From an uncultured Phycisphaerales bacterium (GTDB lineage: Bacteria > Planctomycetota > Phycisphaerae > Tepidisphaerales > Tepidisphaeraceae), in the NCBI GenBank assembly GCA_963758525.1, contig CAVWVQ010000001.1, positions 365,540-429,539 of the forward strand: 64,000 nucleotides of DNA, written 5' to 3'. Both the position numbers and the translations under genes were made by a program. The notes under the pieces are model-generated. The model saw nothing but the letters and a program-made list of their open reading frames with translations, did not search any database and was not told where the DNA came from. Of the stretch, positions 46,929-57,817 are shown piece after piece. Positions within the stretch are counted from its first letter, which is position 1. Every line of letters begins with the position of its first letter.

Positions 46929-48324
46929 GCAATGATCCACACCTCCCAAGCGCGTCACGATTGCTCTGCGCCGCCCTGCTTCTTCTGACAAGCATGTGCG
47001 CAAATGCGCTTGCGGACGACTGGCCGCAATGGCAAGGGCCCCAACGCGATGGGGTTTGGCGCGAGACCGGTTTGCTTTCCAGCTTTCCCGCGGCGGGTTT
47101 GAAGGTGCTTTGGCGCGCTGCGGTGGCGGGCGGATATTCGGGGCCGGCGGTCAGCGGCGGCCATGTTTACGTCCCCGACTTCGTGCCGGCGCCCGAAACC
47201 CATCGGCCGAGCAATCCATTCAAGCGAATCACCCAAGCGGGGCAGGAACGGCTGCAGTGTTTGGACCAACTCAGCGGAAAGCTTCTCTGGACGGATGTGC
47301 ATGACGTTGCCTACGGCATGTCTTATTCGGCCGGTCCGCGGGCCACTCCAACGGTCGATGGCGACCGCGTCTATACGCTCGGCGGCGAAGGAGATCTTCG
47401 CTGCATCGATTCCAATAGCGGGAAGCTGGTCTGGTCGCGCGGCCTTTCCGACGAGACGCACCCAACGCCGATGTGGGGATTCGCATCCGCCCCGCTGGTG
47501 GATGGCGATAGCCTGATCTGCGTCGGCGGCGGAAGTGACCCCACGCGCGGCGCGGAGTAGTCACTGCCTTTAATAAAATGTCGGGCGATCCCCTCTGGAC
47601 GGCGCTTGCAGCGAAGGAGCCGGGCTATTCGGCGCCGATCATTGTGCCATCCGGCGCGTTGCGCCAGTTGATCGTGTGGGATCCGGTAGCCATCAATGCG
47701 CTGGATCCGCGGACGGGCAAGGTCTTGTGGTCGCAGGCGTTTGGGCCGGTGCGGATGGGAATGTCGGTCGTGACGCCAAGGTTCGATCGCGATCCGCAGC
47801 TTGGCGACGTTCTGTATGTCGCAACGCAGTATGAGGGATCGCTCCTGCTGAAGCTTGCCGATGATGCGCGCGGCGCGTCGGTCCTGTGGAAACGCGCCGG
47901 CAAGAACGATCGGAAAACCGACGCGCTGCACATCGTGGCGTGGCCGCCGGTGCTGCGCGACGGCTGCATCTTCGGAATCGACACTTACGGACAGCTTCGC
48001 TGCCTCGACCTGAAGAATGGAAACCGTCTCTGGGAAACCTTTGCCGCGACGACATACGACGCCGGCCCTCAGAAGTGGGCGGGCGCGTTTATTGTTCCTC
48101 TTGGCGAAAGCGGGAACACATATCTGATCGCCAACGAGCATGGCGACCTGATCCTCGCGCAGCTTACCGCGGCGGACTACCACGAACTGAGCCGGACCCA
48201 TCTTCTGGAACCCACCAATTCCGATCCGGGCCGGAGCGTCGTCTGGAGCCATCCGGCATTCGCGAGCCGTTGCATTTTTTGGCGGAATGATAAAGAGATC
48301 GTCTGCGCATCGATGGCGCAATGA
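46925..48324 (+). CDS. PQQ-like beta-propeller secreted protein; apparent frameshift near 47555
   Basis: Signal peptide, DWPQWQGPQRDG, GYSGP, GPRATP, LRC.D..SGK..W repeats, WSHPAFA. Confidence 0.9.
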
Positions 48325-48395
48325 TCCCGCGCCACAATCCCCGCCGCTCTACCTATAAAATTGCTCCCGAAATTTAGTCCTCGCGATCCGATCGA

Positions 48396-48437
48396 ACCCC
48401 CACCCCGGCCCTCCCCCGGAGTACCAGGGGAGGGGGA
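48396..48437. repeat. REP-like family A single arm
   Basis: CCCCACCCCGGCCCTCCCCCGGAGTACCAGGGGAGGGGG. Confidence 0.8.
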
Positions 48438-48546
48438 AAGAGCGCCGCAACGAAAGTTATGCTCCCGCGGACGATCGGGTACGCCCGTTCGACTTGAGCC
48501 TTCGGGATCACGCGACCGGGCGAGGCACTCGGATGCAAAGCTCGTT

Positions 48547-51500
48547 TCACGCCACGCGCGTTTCGGTCAATGCGACCAGTCTTTCCGACAGCGCCTTGAG
48601 CATGGCCAATGCGATCTGCGGCACAGCAGACATGACCGGCAGCAATTGTTCGCGATCAATGGCCGCGACGCGGCAGGGAACAGTCGCCCGAGCGCTGAGC
48701 GAGCGGACGCCCTGCCCGAAGACGGCCAATTCCCCAAAGGCCCTGCCGGTCTGGTAGCGCGTGACGGATTTCTCCGCGTCGCCGGAAGACTCTGGATTCG
48801 GTGGCATGAAAAATTCCACTTCGCCGTCGAGGATGACGAAGATCTCATTGCCGGCGTCACCGCGGTTGAAGAGCAACTCGCCGGGGCGGAATTGAAAGAC
48901 GCGCGCGATGCTGGCGAGGAATCCAAGCCGGTCACTGGGCAGATCGGAGAACAACGGACATAGAGACAATTGCCGGGCCACTTCTGCATCGTAAAACCCG
49001 TCGCGGGCGGCCGCTTGCGGAAGCGATCGCGCCGACGTCGCCGCAGCTTGGGCAGCGCGCGGCGGCAGGTCAGGTTTACCGCTTTCCTGATGAACCAGTT
49101 GAGCGAAGAGGCCGCCGGCGGTTGCAAGTTCTTCGTATCTGCCCGATTCGATCACCCTTCCGCGATCCAAAACCAAAATTCGATCGTAATCGCGGACGGT
49201 TGCAAGCCGGTGCGAAATGGCGACGACAGTCTTCCCGGCGAAACGAGATCGGACCAGGTCGACGATCCGACGTTGAGAAAGTTCATCCATCGCGGAGGTG
49301 GCCTCGTCGAGCAGCAGAATTCGCGGATCCTTCATCAGGATTCTTCCCATCGCGAGTTTCTGCTTCTGGCCGCCCGAGAGAAACTTTCCATCTTCGCCGG
49401 CACGGAATTCCAGTCCCAGCAACAGCGCGGCATCGAACAGACTCCGCTGCCGCAGCGCATCGCCGATGACCGCGTCGGCCCGCTCCACCGCGTCGCGCCG
49501 CCGGGGGTGGCATCGCGCGCGCAGCAGGTTTTCGCGAACGGTCAGGGCCGGGCACCAAGTGTCAGAATCGATCATCTCCCATCGTCCGCGCACACTGACA
49601 TCCGATTCGATCAGTTGCTTTCTGACCTGGAGAATGCGTTCCTCGAAAGTGCCGGGCGCCGACTCCCCGTAATTTCCAGGGGAATCGACGTCAAGCGCCG
49701 CTTCCACGAGCGCGGCCTGAAGCCGCGGCGACAGTTCCTCGAGCGCGACGAAGTCGGCGGATTGAATCTCATCGGCCAGCCACACTCGCGCATCTGCCGG
49801 TCGCGACTTGAGAAAGGGAATCAGCCCCGGGACGCGATTTGAGACACGCACCGCCAGCGCCTGCTCGCGCCGAAGGCGCGCCCAGCCAAGCTGCAGAACC
49901 TCTGCAAAAATCGGCATCTCTTCCGCGAGCCCGCTGAAGCTGGCGGCCGCGTCTTCCAGCGTTCGCATCGACGCAAATCCCGGCCCGAAGAGGTTCTCGC
50001 CAATCGTGCCGGGAAAATAGATTCGCGGACGAAGGGGAATCAGATCGCCTTCGACCAGGTGCAGACCGTCCGCAATGAATTGCCGCAGTTGGGGAAGAGA
50101 TGCAATCAACGCATTTCCGACCGCGTCGGAATTCAGCGTCGATTCCATGCATTTGTGGAAGGCATCTTCCTCCAGGCCGATTTCGCGGATCACTTGAACC
50201 AGTCTTCGATCCAGATCGGCAATCGACGCGATCGAGGAGAGATATGCCACGTCCAGCGGGCCCTCCGAATCGTGCAAGCCGCATTCGCTCGTCCGCCGCA
50301 GGCCCAGCAGAAGGTTGTTGCGGAGGCTCATATTGAGGATGGCCGGCTTCTGAGAGACCAGCCCGATTTGCCGGGCGAGGGAAGTCATGTCGTATTCTTC
50401 GACGGCCCGGCCGTCGAGGGCCATGCGCCCGCTCGACGGAGCGCCGTTGCGGACGATCAACTGCATCGCAGTTGATTTTCCACACCCCGCGGGGCCGCAC
50501 ATCGCGACGTGCTCGCCAAAGGGGATGGACTCGGCCAGGGAACTGAGAATCAGTCCGCCGGTCTCTGTCGCGACGCAGACCGCGTCGAACCGGAGTTCGG
50601 CTTTTTCCGGAACGGTTGGCGCGGTCGGGGCCGATTCGAAGGCGCACGGCCGCTGCATCATTTCATCCATTCGCCGCAGGCTCTCGCGCGACATTCGCCA
50701 CGAGAGGCCGAATCCCGCGACATCGCTGACCGGCCTTTGAAAGAGCTGGGCAAGCAGCAGAAACGCGATCACATCCCCCCATTTCATCGATCCATGAATG
50801 CAGAGCCATGCTCCGATGAAGTAGAGCATGCCGGTTTGAATGCACGCCACCAGCGGGCTTGCGGCCAGGAACAGCGCGGTGAGCTTTCCGGTTTCCATCA
50901 TCACTGTCTGATATGCGAGCAGACCGCGACTCAGGCTCGCTTGGCCGTAATCAAATGCGCAATGGTTCCGATATTCGCTGACCGCGGAAATCATCTCGTG
51001 CGAATCGGCGTAAATGCGATCGCGGGTCTGGCGCGACCGGCGATTGACCGCCTGTATTCTGCGGTCGAAGAAAAGGTAGTAGCCGCTCAAAAGAGAAAGC
51101 GGGACCATGCACGCTCCCAGCAGCGGAGCCCGGACGATCATGATTGTGCCGTAGAAAAGCACGCTGATGATTGCCTGGGGCACCCCCGCGGTGGCGTCCA
51201 CCCAGAAGCTGGCGACCCGATCGCTGTCATCCAAAATGCGCGCGTTGATTGTGGCGACTTCGGAATCCCTGAAAAAATCCGCGGAAAACTTCATCACGCG
51301 CGAGAAGACGGTGAGCGTCAGATTTCGAGTGATAAATTCGGTGTGGATTGCTTGAACCCTTCTGCGCACGTAGCTCAGCGCAGAGATGGCGAGCTGCGCC
51401 AGAATCATCATCAACACGGCATTGCGGACCGTGGGCCAGGAAATCAGCGTGCCGTGGGTAAAAAGATTCGTGAGACGGCCGACCTGCTGCGGCATCACCA

Positions 51501-51594
51501 ACGAAAGGACGATCGTGCACCCTCCCGAGAGCCACAGCGCGATCAGCCGCCAACCCGTGTATGCACGGCTGAACAAGAGGCGCGTAAGTGTCAT
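48547..51594 (-). CDS. ABC exporter: TMD, interrupted NBD, C-terminal cNMP-binding domain
   Basis: TM helices, Walker A GPAGCGKST, LSGGQKQ, LLLDEATSAMD, SHRL; cNMP cassette FGELA...RS. Confidence 0.9.
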   Translation of the reverse strand: MTLTRLLFSRAYTGWRLIALWLSGGCTIVLSLVMPQQVGRLTNLFTHGTLISWPTVRNAVLMMILAQLAISALSYVRRRVQAIHTEFITRNLTLTVFSRVMKFSADFFRDSEVATINARILDDSDRVASFWVDATAGVPQAIISVLFYGTIMIVRAPLLGACMVPLSLLSGYYLFFDRRIQAVNRRSRQTRDRIYADSHEMISAVSEYRNHCAFDYGQASLSRGLLAYQTVMMETGKLTALFLAASPLVACIQTGMLYFIGAWLCIHGSMKWGDVIAFLLLAQLFQRPVSDVAGFGLSWRMSRESLRRMDEMMQRPCAFESAPTAPTVPEKAELRFDAVCVATETGGLILSSLAESIPFGEHVAMCGPAGCGKSTAMQLIVRNGAPSSGRMALDGRAVEEYDMTSLARQIGLVSQKPAILNMSLRNNLLLGLRRTSECGLHDSEGPLDVAYLSSIASIADLDRRLVQVIREIGLEEDAFHKCMESTLNSDAVGNALIASLPQLRQFIADGLHLVEGDLIPLRPRIYFPGTIGENLFGPGFASMRTLEDAAASFSGLAEEMPIFAEVLQLGWARLRREQALAVRVSNRVPGLIPFLKSRPADARVWLADEIQSADFVALEELSPRLQAALVEAALDVDSPGNYGESAPGTFEERILQVRKQLIESDVSVRGRWEMIDSDTWCPALTVRENLLRARCHPRRRDAVERADAVIGDALRQRSLFDAALLLGLEFRAGEDGKFLSGGQKQKLAMGRILMKDPRILLLDEATSAMDELSQRRIVDLVRSRFAGKTVVAISHRLATVRDYDRILVLDRGRVIESGRYEELATAGGLFAQLVHQESGKPDLPPRAAQAAATSARSLPQAAARDGFYDAEVARQLSLCPLFSDLPSDRLGFLASIARVFQFRPGELLFNRGDAGNEIFVILDGEVEFFMPPNPESSGDAEKSVTRYQTGRAFGELAVFGQGVRSLSARATVPCRVAAIDREQLLPVMSAVPQIALAMLKALSERLVALTETRVA

Positions 51595-51767
51595 ACGTCT
51601 TATTGTGTGCGCGGGAGATGATCACGGAAGCGGCGGCGTGACAGATGACGTTAGTCCACAGCGTGAGAGAGTGGTGATCTCCTCCGCGAAGGGCAAGCCA
51701 CTGCTGCCGGCTTTCGGCGACACGACGCAGAGCGCCCAACCGCTGCAGCGCGCAGACCTCTCCCAAT

Positions 51768-51831
51768 TTTGCAATTTGCAATTTGCAATATTTGCAATTT
51801 GCAATATTTGCAATCCTCAATCTGCCATTTG
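51768..51831. repeat. TTTGCAA 7-mer tandem array
   Basis: Six TTTGCAA units plus degenerate ones; related array at 53035-53071. Confidence 0.85.
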
Positions 51832-51883
51832 CGATTCCCTCCCGGGTGTAACTTTTATTTGTGGCGATTGCAGATTTTGCGAT

Positions 51884-51952
51884 CGTAGTGCGGGATTCAT
51901 CCCGCCGTTTTCTCAGCCGGCCAACAAATCGGCGGGATGAATCCCGCCCTAC
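51884..51952. repeat. REP-like family E inverted pair
   Basis: GTAGTGCGGGATTCATCCCGCCG...CGGCGGGATGAATCCCGCCCTAC. Confidence 0.85.
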
Positions 51953-52069
51953 TCGGAGCCGATCGCCACTTTCGAGCGCCACACCCTTCCCTCCCCGCTG
52001 ATTCCCTCCCCGCTTTCCCCTTCATTCCCCGTCTGATACGATCCCATGCCTACTCGGAGGAACCGTCTA

Positions 52070-52846
52070 ATGAGCTGGCTGAAATCGAAGTTGTCGCTGA
52101 TCGCCCTTGCTGTTGTTTGTTCCATTCCAGTCGCGCGCTTGCTGCGTGCGGAGGACACGCCGGCGACGGCGCCTGCCACGGATCAAGGGAAACCGAACAC
52201 GCTGACCGACGAGGAAACCAAAGCCGGGTGGAAACTTCTTTTTAACGGCACTAACGCCGACGGCTGGCACAGCTACCATAAGGACATCGTCCGCCCCGGC
52301 TGGGTCGTGCAGGACGGCACGCTCGCGTGCGTCGACCCGCACAATGCCGGCGATCTTTGCACCAATGACAAGTATGACTGGTTTGAGCTGCAGCTCGATT
52401 ACAACATCTCTCATGGCGGAAACAGCGGCATCATGTATCACGTCACCGACAAGGGCGGCGCCGTCTGGGCGACCGGTCCGGAGTTTCAGCTCGAAGACAA
52501 TGCGGCGGCGGCCGACAAGATCCGATGCGGATGGCTCTACGCGCTGTATCAGCCGCCGATCGACCCAAGCACAGGCAAGACGCTCGACGCAACCAAGCCG
52601 GCCGGGGAATGGAATCACGTTCGGCTGCTCATGACCCCCGAGAAATGCGTTCACGAGATCAATGGCGTGAAGTACTTCGAATACGTTCTCAATAGCGATG
52701 ACTTCAAGGCACGCGTCGCCAAGAGCAAGTTTCACTCCATGCCCGACTTTGCCAAATCCGACATCGGCTACATATCCCTGCAGGGCGACCACGGCAAGGT
52801 CGCTTTCCGAAACATCAAGATTCGCCCGATCGCCGTCGCCAAGTGA
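52070..52846 (+). CDS. DUF1080 / 3-keto-disaccharide hydrolase-like secreted protein
   Basis: GGAGG RBS, signal peptide, GWKLLFNG, GNSG, PEFQ, GEWN, LQGDHG.V.FRNIKIR. Confidence 0.92.
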   Translation: MSWLKSKLSLIALAVVCSIPVARLLRAEDTPATAPATDQGKPNTLTDEETKAGWKLLFNGTNADGWHSYHKDIVRPGWVVQDGTLACVDPHNAGDLCTNDKYDWFELQLDYNISHGGNSGIMYHVTDKGGAVWATGPEFQLEDNAAAADKIRCGWLYALYQPPIDPSTGKTLDATKPAGEWNHVRLLMTPEKCVHEINGVKYFEYVLNSDDFKARVAKSKFHSMPDFAKSDIGYISLQGDHGKVAFRNIKIRPIAVAK

Positions 52847-52876
52847 GTCTGGTCAGTGGTGGATCAAGAGGGATGA

Positions 52877-52949
52877 AGGGACAAAGGGACAGAGGGACAA
52901 AGGGACAGAGGGACGAAGGGACAGAGGGACAGAGGGACAAAGGGACAAA
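52877..52949. repeat. GGGACA(A/G)A 8-mer tandem array
   Basis: About nine units of GGGACAAA/GGGACAGA/GGGACGAA. Confidence 0.9.
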
Positions 52950-53097
52950 GTGAGAAGGCACCGGACGAGGTGCGACACCGATCTTGCCGGCGATACGGCA
53001 GTGGCTTGCCCTTCGCGGCCCACCCCGTCCCAAATTTGAAATTTGCAATCCCCATTTTGCAATTTGCATTGCTTCATTTGGTTAAAACCAGACCATC

Positions 53098-55533
53098 ATG
53101 TCCACGGTAACCCGAAACAAATCGCGCCGCACCCGCAAGAAGAAGAAAAACCCCCGGCTCTCCCCCTTCCACAAGCCCGAGACGATGTCGCTCGAATCCT
53201 GGCAGATCGGCCTGCGCCAACAGTTCGGGCGGGAACAGAAATTCAAGTTTCGCAACCTCGGTGAACAGCCGGTCTTTTCCGACTTCGAGATTCTGAACCC
53301 CAAGAGCAACAAAACGTATCGCGTCGCCATCCGCGGCGCCCGGCCCGGCGACAACTTCTGCTCCTGTCCCGATTTTGCCACCAACTCGCTCGGAACCTGC
53401 AAACACATTGAGTTCGCGCTCGCCAAATTGCGCCGTCAAACGGGCGGCCGCGCAGCGCTGCTCGCGGGATTCAGGCCTCCGCACAGTGAAGTCTATCTTC
53501 GCTATGGGGCGATGCGCGAAGTCTGCCTGCGGCGTGGCTCAGAGCTGCCGGCGGAGTTGGCGAGACTCGCCGATGATTATTTCGATCCGCAAGGAATTCT
53601 CAGAGCCGATGCCCTTTCCCGCTTCGACTTGTTTCTTTCGCAGGCGGCAAAGTTCGACCATCAGCTTCGCTGTTTTGACGACGTGCTCGGCTTCATCGCG
53701 GAGGTGCGCGATCAAGGACGCCGTGAAGAAACATTAAAAGACGCATTCCCGCGCGGCATCCGCAGCCCCGGCTTTGACGAGCTGCTGAAGGTGCCGCTGT
53801 ACGATTATCAGAAGGAAGGCGCACTGTTCGCCGCGAGCGCCGGGCGCTGCCTGATCGGCGACGAAATGGGCCTGGGAAAGACGATTCAGGCAATTGCCGC
53901 CGTCGAAATCATGGCCCGCCATTTCGGCGTCGAGCGCGTGCTGATCATCTGTCCGACATCATTGAAGCATCAGTGGGAACGTGAGATCGCCAGGTTCGCG
54001 AGCCGGTCCGTGAATGTGATCGGTGGGCTGCGCGCACCCGCGAGAAGTGCTATGCCGCCGCCGGCTTTTATAAGATCGCGAACTACGACACCGTGCATCG
54101 CGATTTGGATCTGATCGCGGCATGGTCACCCGATCTGGTGATTCTTGACGAGGCGCAGCGGATCAAGAACTGGAACACCCGGGCCGCGCGATCGGTGAAG
54201 CAAATCGCTTCGCCTTATGCAATTGTGCTGACCGGAACCCCTCTGGAAAACCGGCTCGAAGAACTCGTCTCCATCATTCAATTCGTCGATCAGCATCGGC
54301 TTGGGCCGACGTTCCGGTTCCTGGCGGACCATCAGATTCACGATCCGCAAACCGGGCGAATCGTCGGATACAAGGATCTCGATTCGATCGGCCGGACCCT
54401 GGCGCCGATTCTTCTGCGCGCGCAAGAAGGAAGTGCTCGACCAGCTTCCCGGCCGACTCGACAAGCATTTGTTCGTGCCGATGACTCTCCAGCAGATGCG
54501 CCATCACGATGAGAATCGTGAGATCGTCGCTCGCATTGCCGCCAAGTGGCGCAAGTTCCGCTTTCTCTCGGAGGTCGATCAACGCCGACTGCTCGTCGCT
54601 CTTCAGAACATGCGGATGAGTTGCGACAGCACCTATCTGCTCGATCAGGAAACAGACTTCGGCGTCAAAGCCGACGAGCTGACAACGCTGCTCGACGAAC
54701 TGCTGGAGCAGCCCGACACCAAAGTGGTGATCTTCAGCCAGTGGCTGCGCATGCATGAGCTGCTGGTTCGCCGCCTGGCGCCGCGGCGCTGGGAACACGT
54801 GCTGTTTCACGGCGGAGTTCCCGGCGGGCGGCGCAAGCAACTGATCGACCGGTTCCGCGAGGATGACACCTGCCGGGCGTTTCTTTCCACCGATTCCGGC
54901 GGCGTTGGGCTGAACCTCCAGCATGCGTCGGTGGTGGTGAACGTCGATCTTCCCTGGAATCCCGCCGTGCTCGAGCAGCGGATTGGCAGAGTTCACCGGA
55001 TCGGTCAACGGCAGCCCGTTCGCGTTGTCAATTTTGTTTCGCAGGGAACCATCGAAGAAGGAATGCTCTCGGTTCTGAAATTCAAGAGTTCCCTTTTCGC
55101 AGGCGCCCTGGACGGCGGCGACAAACAGGTGCTTCTGGAAGGCGGCCGTCTCAAGAGATTCATGGACACTGTCGAGAAGGCAACGGAATCCATACCACAG
55201 CCCGCCGCGCAGGATCCGCAGGAATCAAACGGACACGGCGCAACAACCGGCGACGCGTCGGCGCCCGCGGATGAAACCCGCTCGGAGTCGCCCGGCGCGC
55301 CAAACCCATGGTCAGGTCTTCTGGAGACCGGCTTGACGATGCTGCAGCACTTCGCCGCCGCATCTCAGCCGAGCGGCGCGGCCAGCGCCGCGTCACCAGC
55401 CGCGGGCGTTTCCTTCGTCCACCGCGACGAACGCACTGGCGAAAGTTATCTCAAATTTCCGGTGCCCAGGCCTGAGGTGCTCGATCAGGTGTTTACCGCC
55501 GTCAGCGCGTTGCTGGAGCGATTCAGGAAGTGA
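53098..55533 (+). CDS. SWIM zinc finger plus SNF2-family helicase; apparent frameshifts near 54040 and 54420
   Basis: CSCPDF...CKH (SWIM), DEMGLGKT, DEAQ, LTGTPLENRLEEL, IFSQW, GGVGLNLQ, WNP, QRIGRVHRIGQ. Confidence 0.93.
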
Positions 55534-55547
55534 GAAAGGAAGCTCCC

Positions 55548-56502
55548 ATGGCTAAGGTTCGAAAGGCCGTTATCACCGCCGCCGGCCGCGGCACTCGGCA
55601 GTATCCAGCGTCCAGCGCGGTGCAGAAGGAAATGTTTCCCCTCGTCGACCGGGACGGTCTGACCAAGCCGATCATCCAGATCATCGGGGAGGAGGCGATC
55701 GACAGCGGGATCGAGGAACTCTGCATCATCACGCAGCCCGGCGAGGAGAGCCAATATCGCGAATACTTCAAGCGGCTCGATGACGACATGGTCAAGAGCT
55801 TCCGCGGCAAAGACTGGGCGATTCTCGAAAGCGAAAAGCTCGCCGCGTTCGGCGAACGCCTTCACTTCGCGGAGCAGGCGACCCCCGAAGGATTCGGCCA
55901 TGCCGTCTATCAGGCAAAGAAGTTTGTCGGCGATGATCCGTTTCTGCTGATGCTCGGCGATCACGTTTATGTTAGCGATGTGAAGGAACGCTGTGCGCGG
56001 CAACTGCTCAAGGTGCACGAACAGTATGCGCTTGACGCAAGCACCGGCGTGCAGCCGACGGTTGAGCGTCTGTTACATTTGTTTGGCACCATCAAGGGTG
56101 AACCGGTGGACGCGGCCAACGGCGTTTACAGCGCCAAGCTCATTGTCGAGAAACCCACCGTGGAATTCGCGCGAGAATCTCGTTACCCCCGGACTCCCCG
56201 CAGGCAACTATCTCGCGCATTTCGGCATGTGGTGCTTCTCCCCGAAAATCTTCGACTCGCTCGAGTATCTGATCAAGAACAACCTCCGCGAGAAGGGCGA
56301 GATTCAGCTCACCGCGGCCCAGGAACATCTCCGGCAGCACACCGACAAATACTGGGCCGTCGTCACCCAAGGTCAGCGCTACGACACTGGCATCCCCTAC
56401 GGTCTCATGGAAACGCAGTTGGCGCTGGCCCTCAACAGCGTTCACCGAGCCCAGATTTGCGAAGCGATCGCACGAATTCTCGCCACGCAGGTGCGTTCGT
56501 AA
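55548..56502 (+). CDS. Sugar-phosphate nucleotidyltransferase (GalU-like); apparent frameshift near 56175
   Basis: KAVITAAGRGTR, KEMFP, PEGFGHAV, LGD, VEKP, GEIQLT, RYDTG. Confidence 0.88.
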
Positions 56503-56600
56503 ACGGGGGTGCGCTAACGTACGCGCAGGCAGTTCGCGGAGTCGACGAGTATTGTTCGGCGTACCAAGTGAAAGGTGTTGTTTCTCCTGAGACTTCGCGC

Positions 56601-56707
56601 GTGGCACGGGCGTCCCGTGTTAGCGTCGTAGTGGTAAAGAGAATTTCTGATATCGAAGTTCTTCTTTTCGTCGGCGCCACCAACACGGGCAGGATGCCCG
56701 TGCCACG
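56601..56707. repeat. Family C inverted palindrome pair
   Basis: GTGGCACGGGCGTCCCGTGTT...AACACGGGCAGGATGCCCGTGCCAC. Confidence 0.85.
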
Positions 56708-56759
56708 AGGGGACACTTCCTTGTCAGGAACACCGCCGGCAACGTGAGGACGCGGTCCC

Positions 56760-57787
56760 ATGATGGCAACTTCTTCAATCCACGACCCGCTGGCGGTTGT
56801 TGAGCGTCTCAGGTCATTTCAGACGACGGTTCGCGATGCGCTGATTCGCTCCCGCGAGTGCTCCGGCGATTTGCATGCCGTCACGCGTTCTTCGGCCGCC
56901 GATACAATCTATGCAATCGATACCCAGGTCGATCCGCTGCTTGAGAGCTTCTGTGAACAATGGGCGGCGGAAGACGGGCCGCTGGTAGTCATCGCCGAGG
57001 GGCTTGAGGACGAACAGGGCCGCGAGGTTGAGTCGCGCACATTTCCGCACGGCGCAAGTGCCGCGGACGCGCGCCTTCGGCTGATCGTCGATCCGATCGA
57101 CGGGACGCGCGGGATCATGTACGACAAACGATCGGCCTGGGCGTGGCGGGCGTCGCGCCCAACCATGGCGCGGAAACGCGCCTCCAGGACATCGAAGTGG
57201 CGGTGATGAGCGAATTGCCCACCAGTAAAATGGGCCGCGCCGATGTGCTGTGGGCCGTCCGCGGCGAGGGGGCGCATGCCGAGCGGGTCGAATTGAGCAA
57301 CGGCCAGGCGAAGCCCCTGCCGCTCCTGCCATCGCGCGCGGGAACGATCAATCACGGTTTTGCGTCTGTATCGGATTTTTTTCCTGGCACGAAAGTGCTC
57401 GCCGGCCAGTTGATGGAGCATCTGGCGGGAAAGCTGATCGGCCCTGCCGACGTCACCCGCGCGACGGTCTTCGAGGATCAATACATTTCCACCGGCGGGC
57501 AATGGTATGAGCTGATCGTCGGCCACGACCGCTTCAACGCCGACTTGCGTCCCGCGTTTTACCGCATGCAGAAGCAGCCCCAGGGCCTTTGCTGCCACCC
57601 CTACGATTGCGCCACCTGGCTCATCGCCGCCGAGGCGGGCGTGGTGCTCACCGATGAACGCGGCCAGCCGCTCGACGGGCCGCTCGACACCACCACCGGA
57701 TTATGCTGGATCGGCTATGCCAACGACCAGTTGCGCCGTACCATGGAGCCCATCGTGCTCGGATTTCTTCGCGAGCACGGGGAATGA
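56760..57787 (+). CDS. Inositol monophosphatase/FIG superfamily protein; apparent frameshift near 57145
   Basis: DTIYAID, AEG, VDPIDGTR, PYD.A..LIA.EAG..LTD..G. Confidence 0.85.
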
Positions 57788-57817
57788 CACGGGCAAGTCA
57801 CGGGTGAAAGTGTTGCC

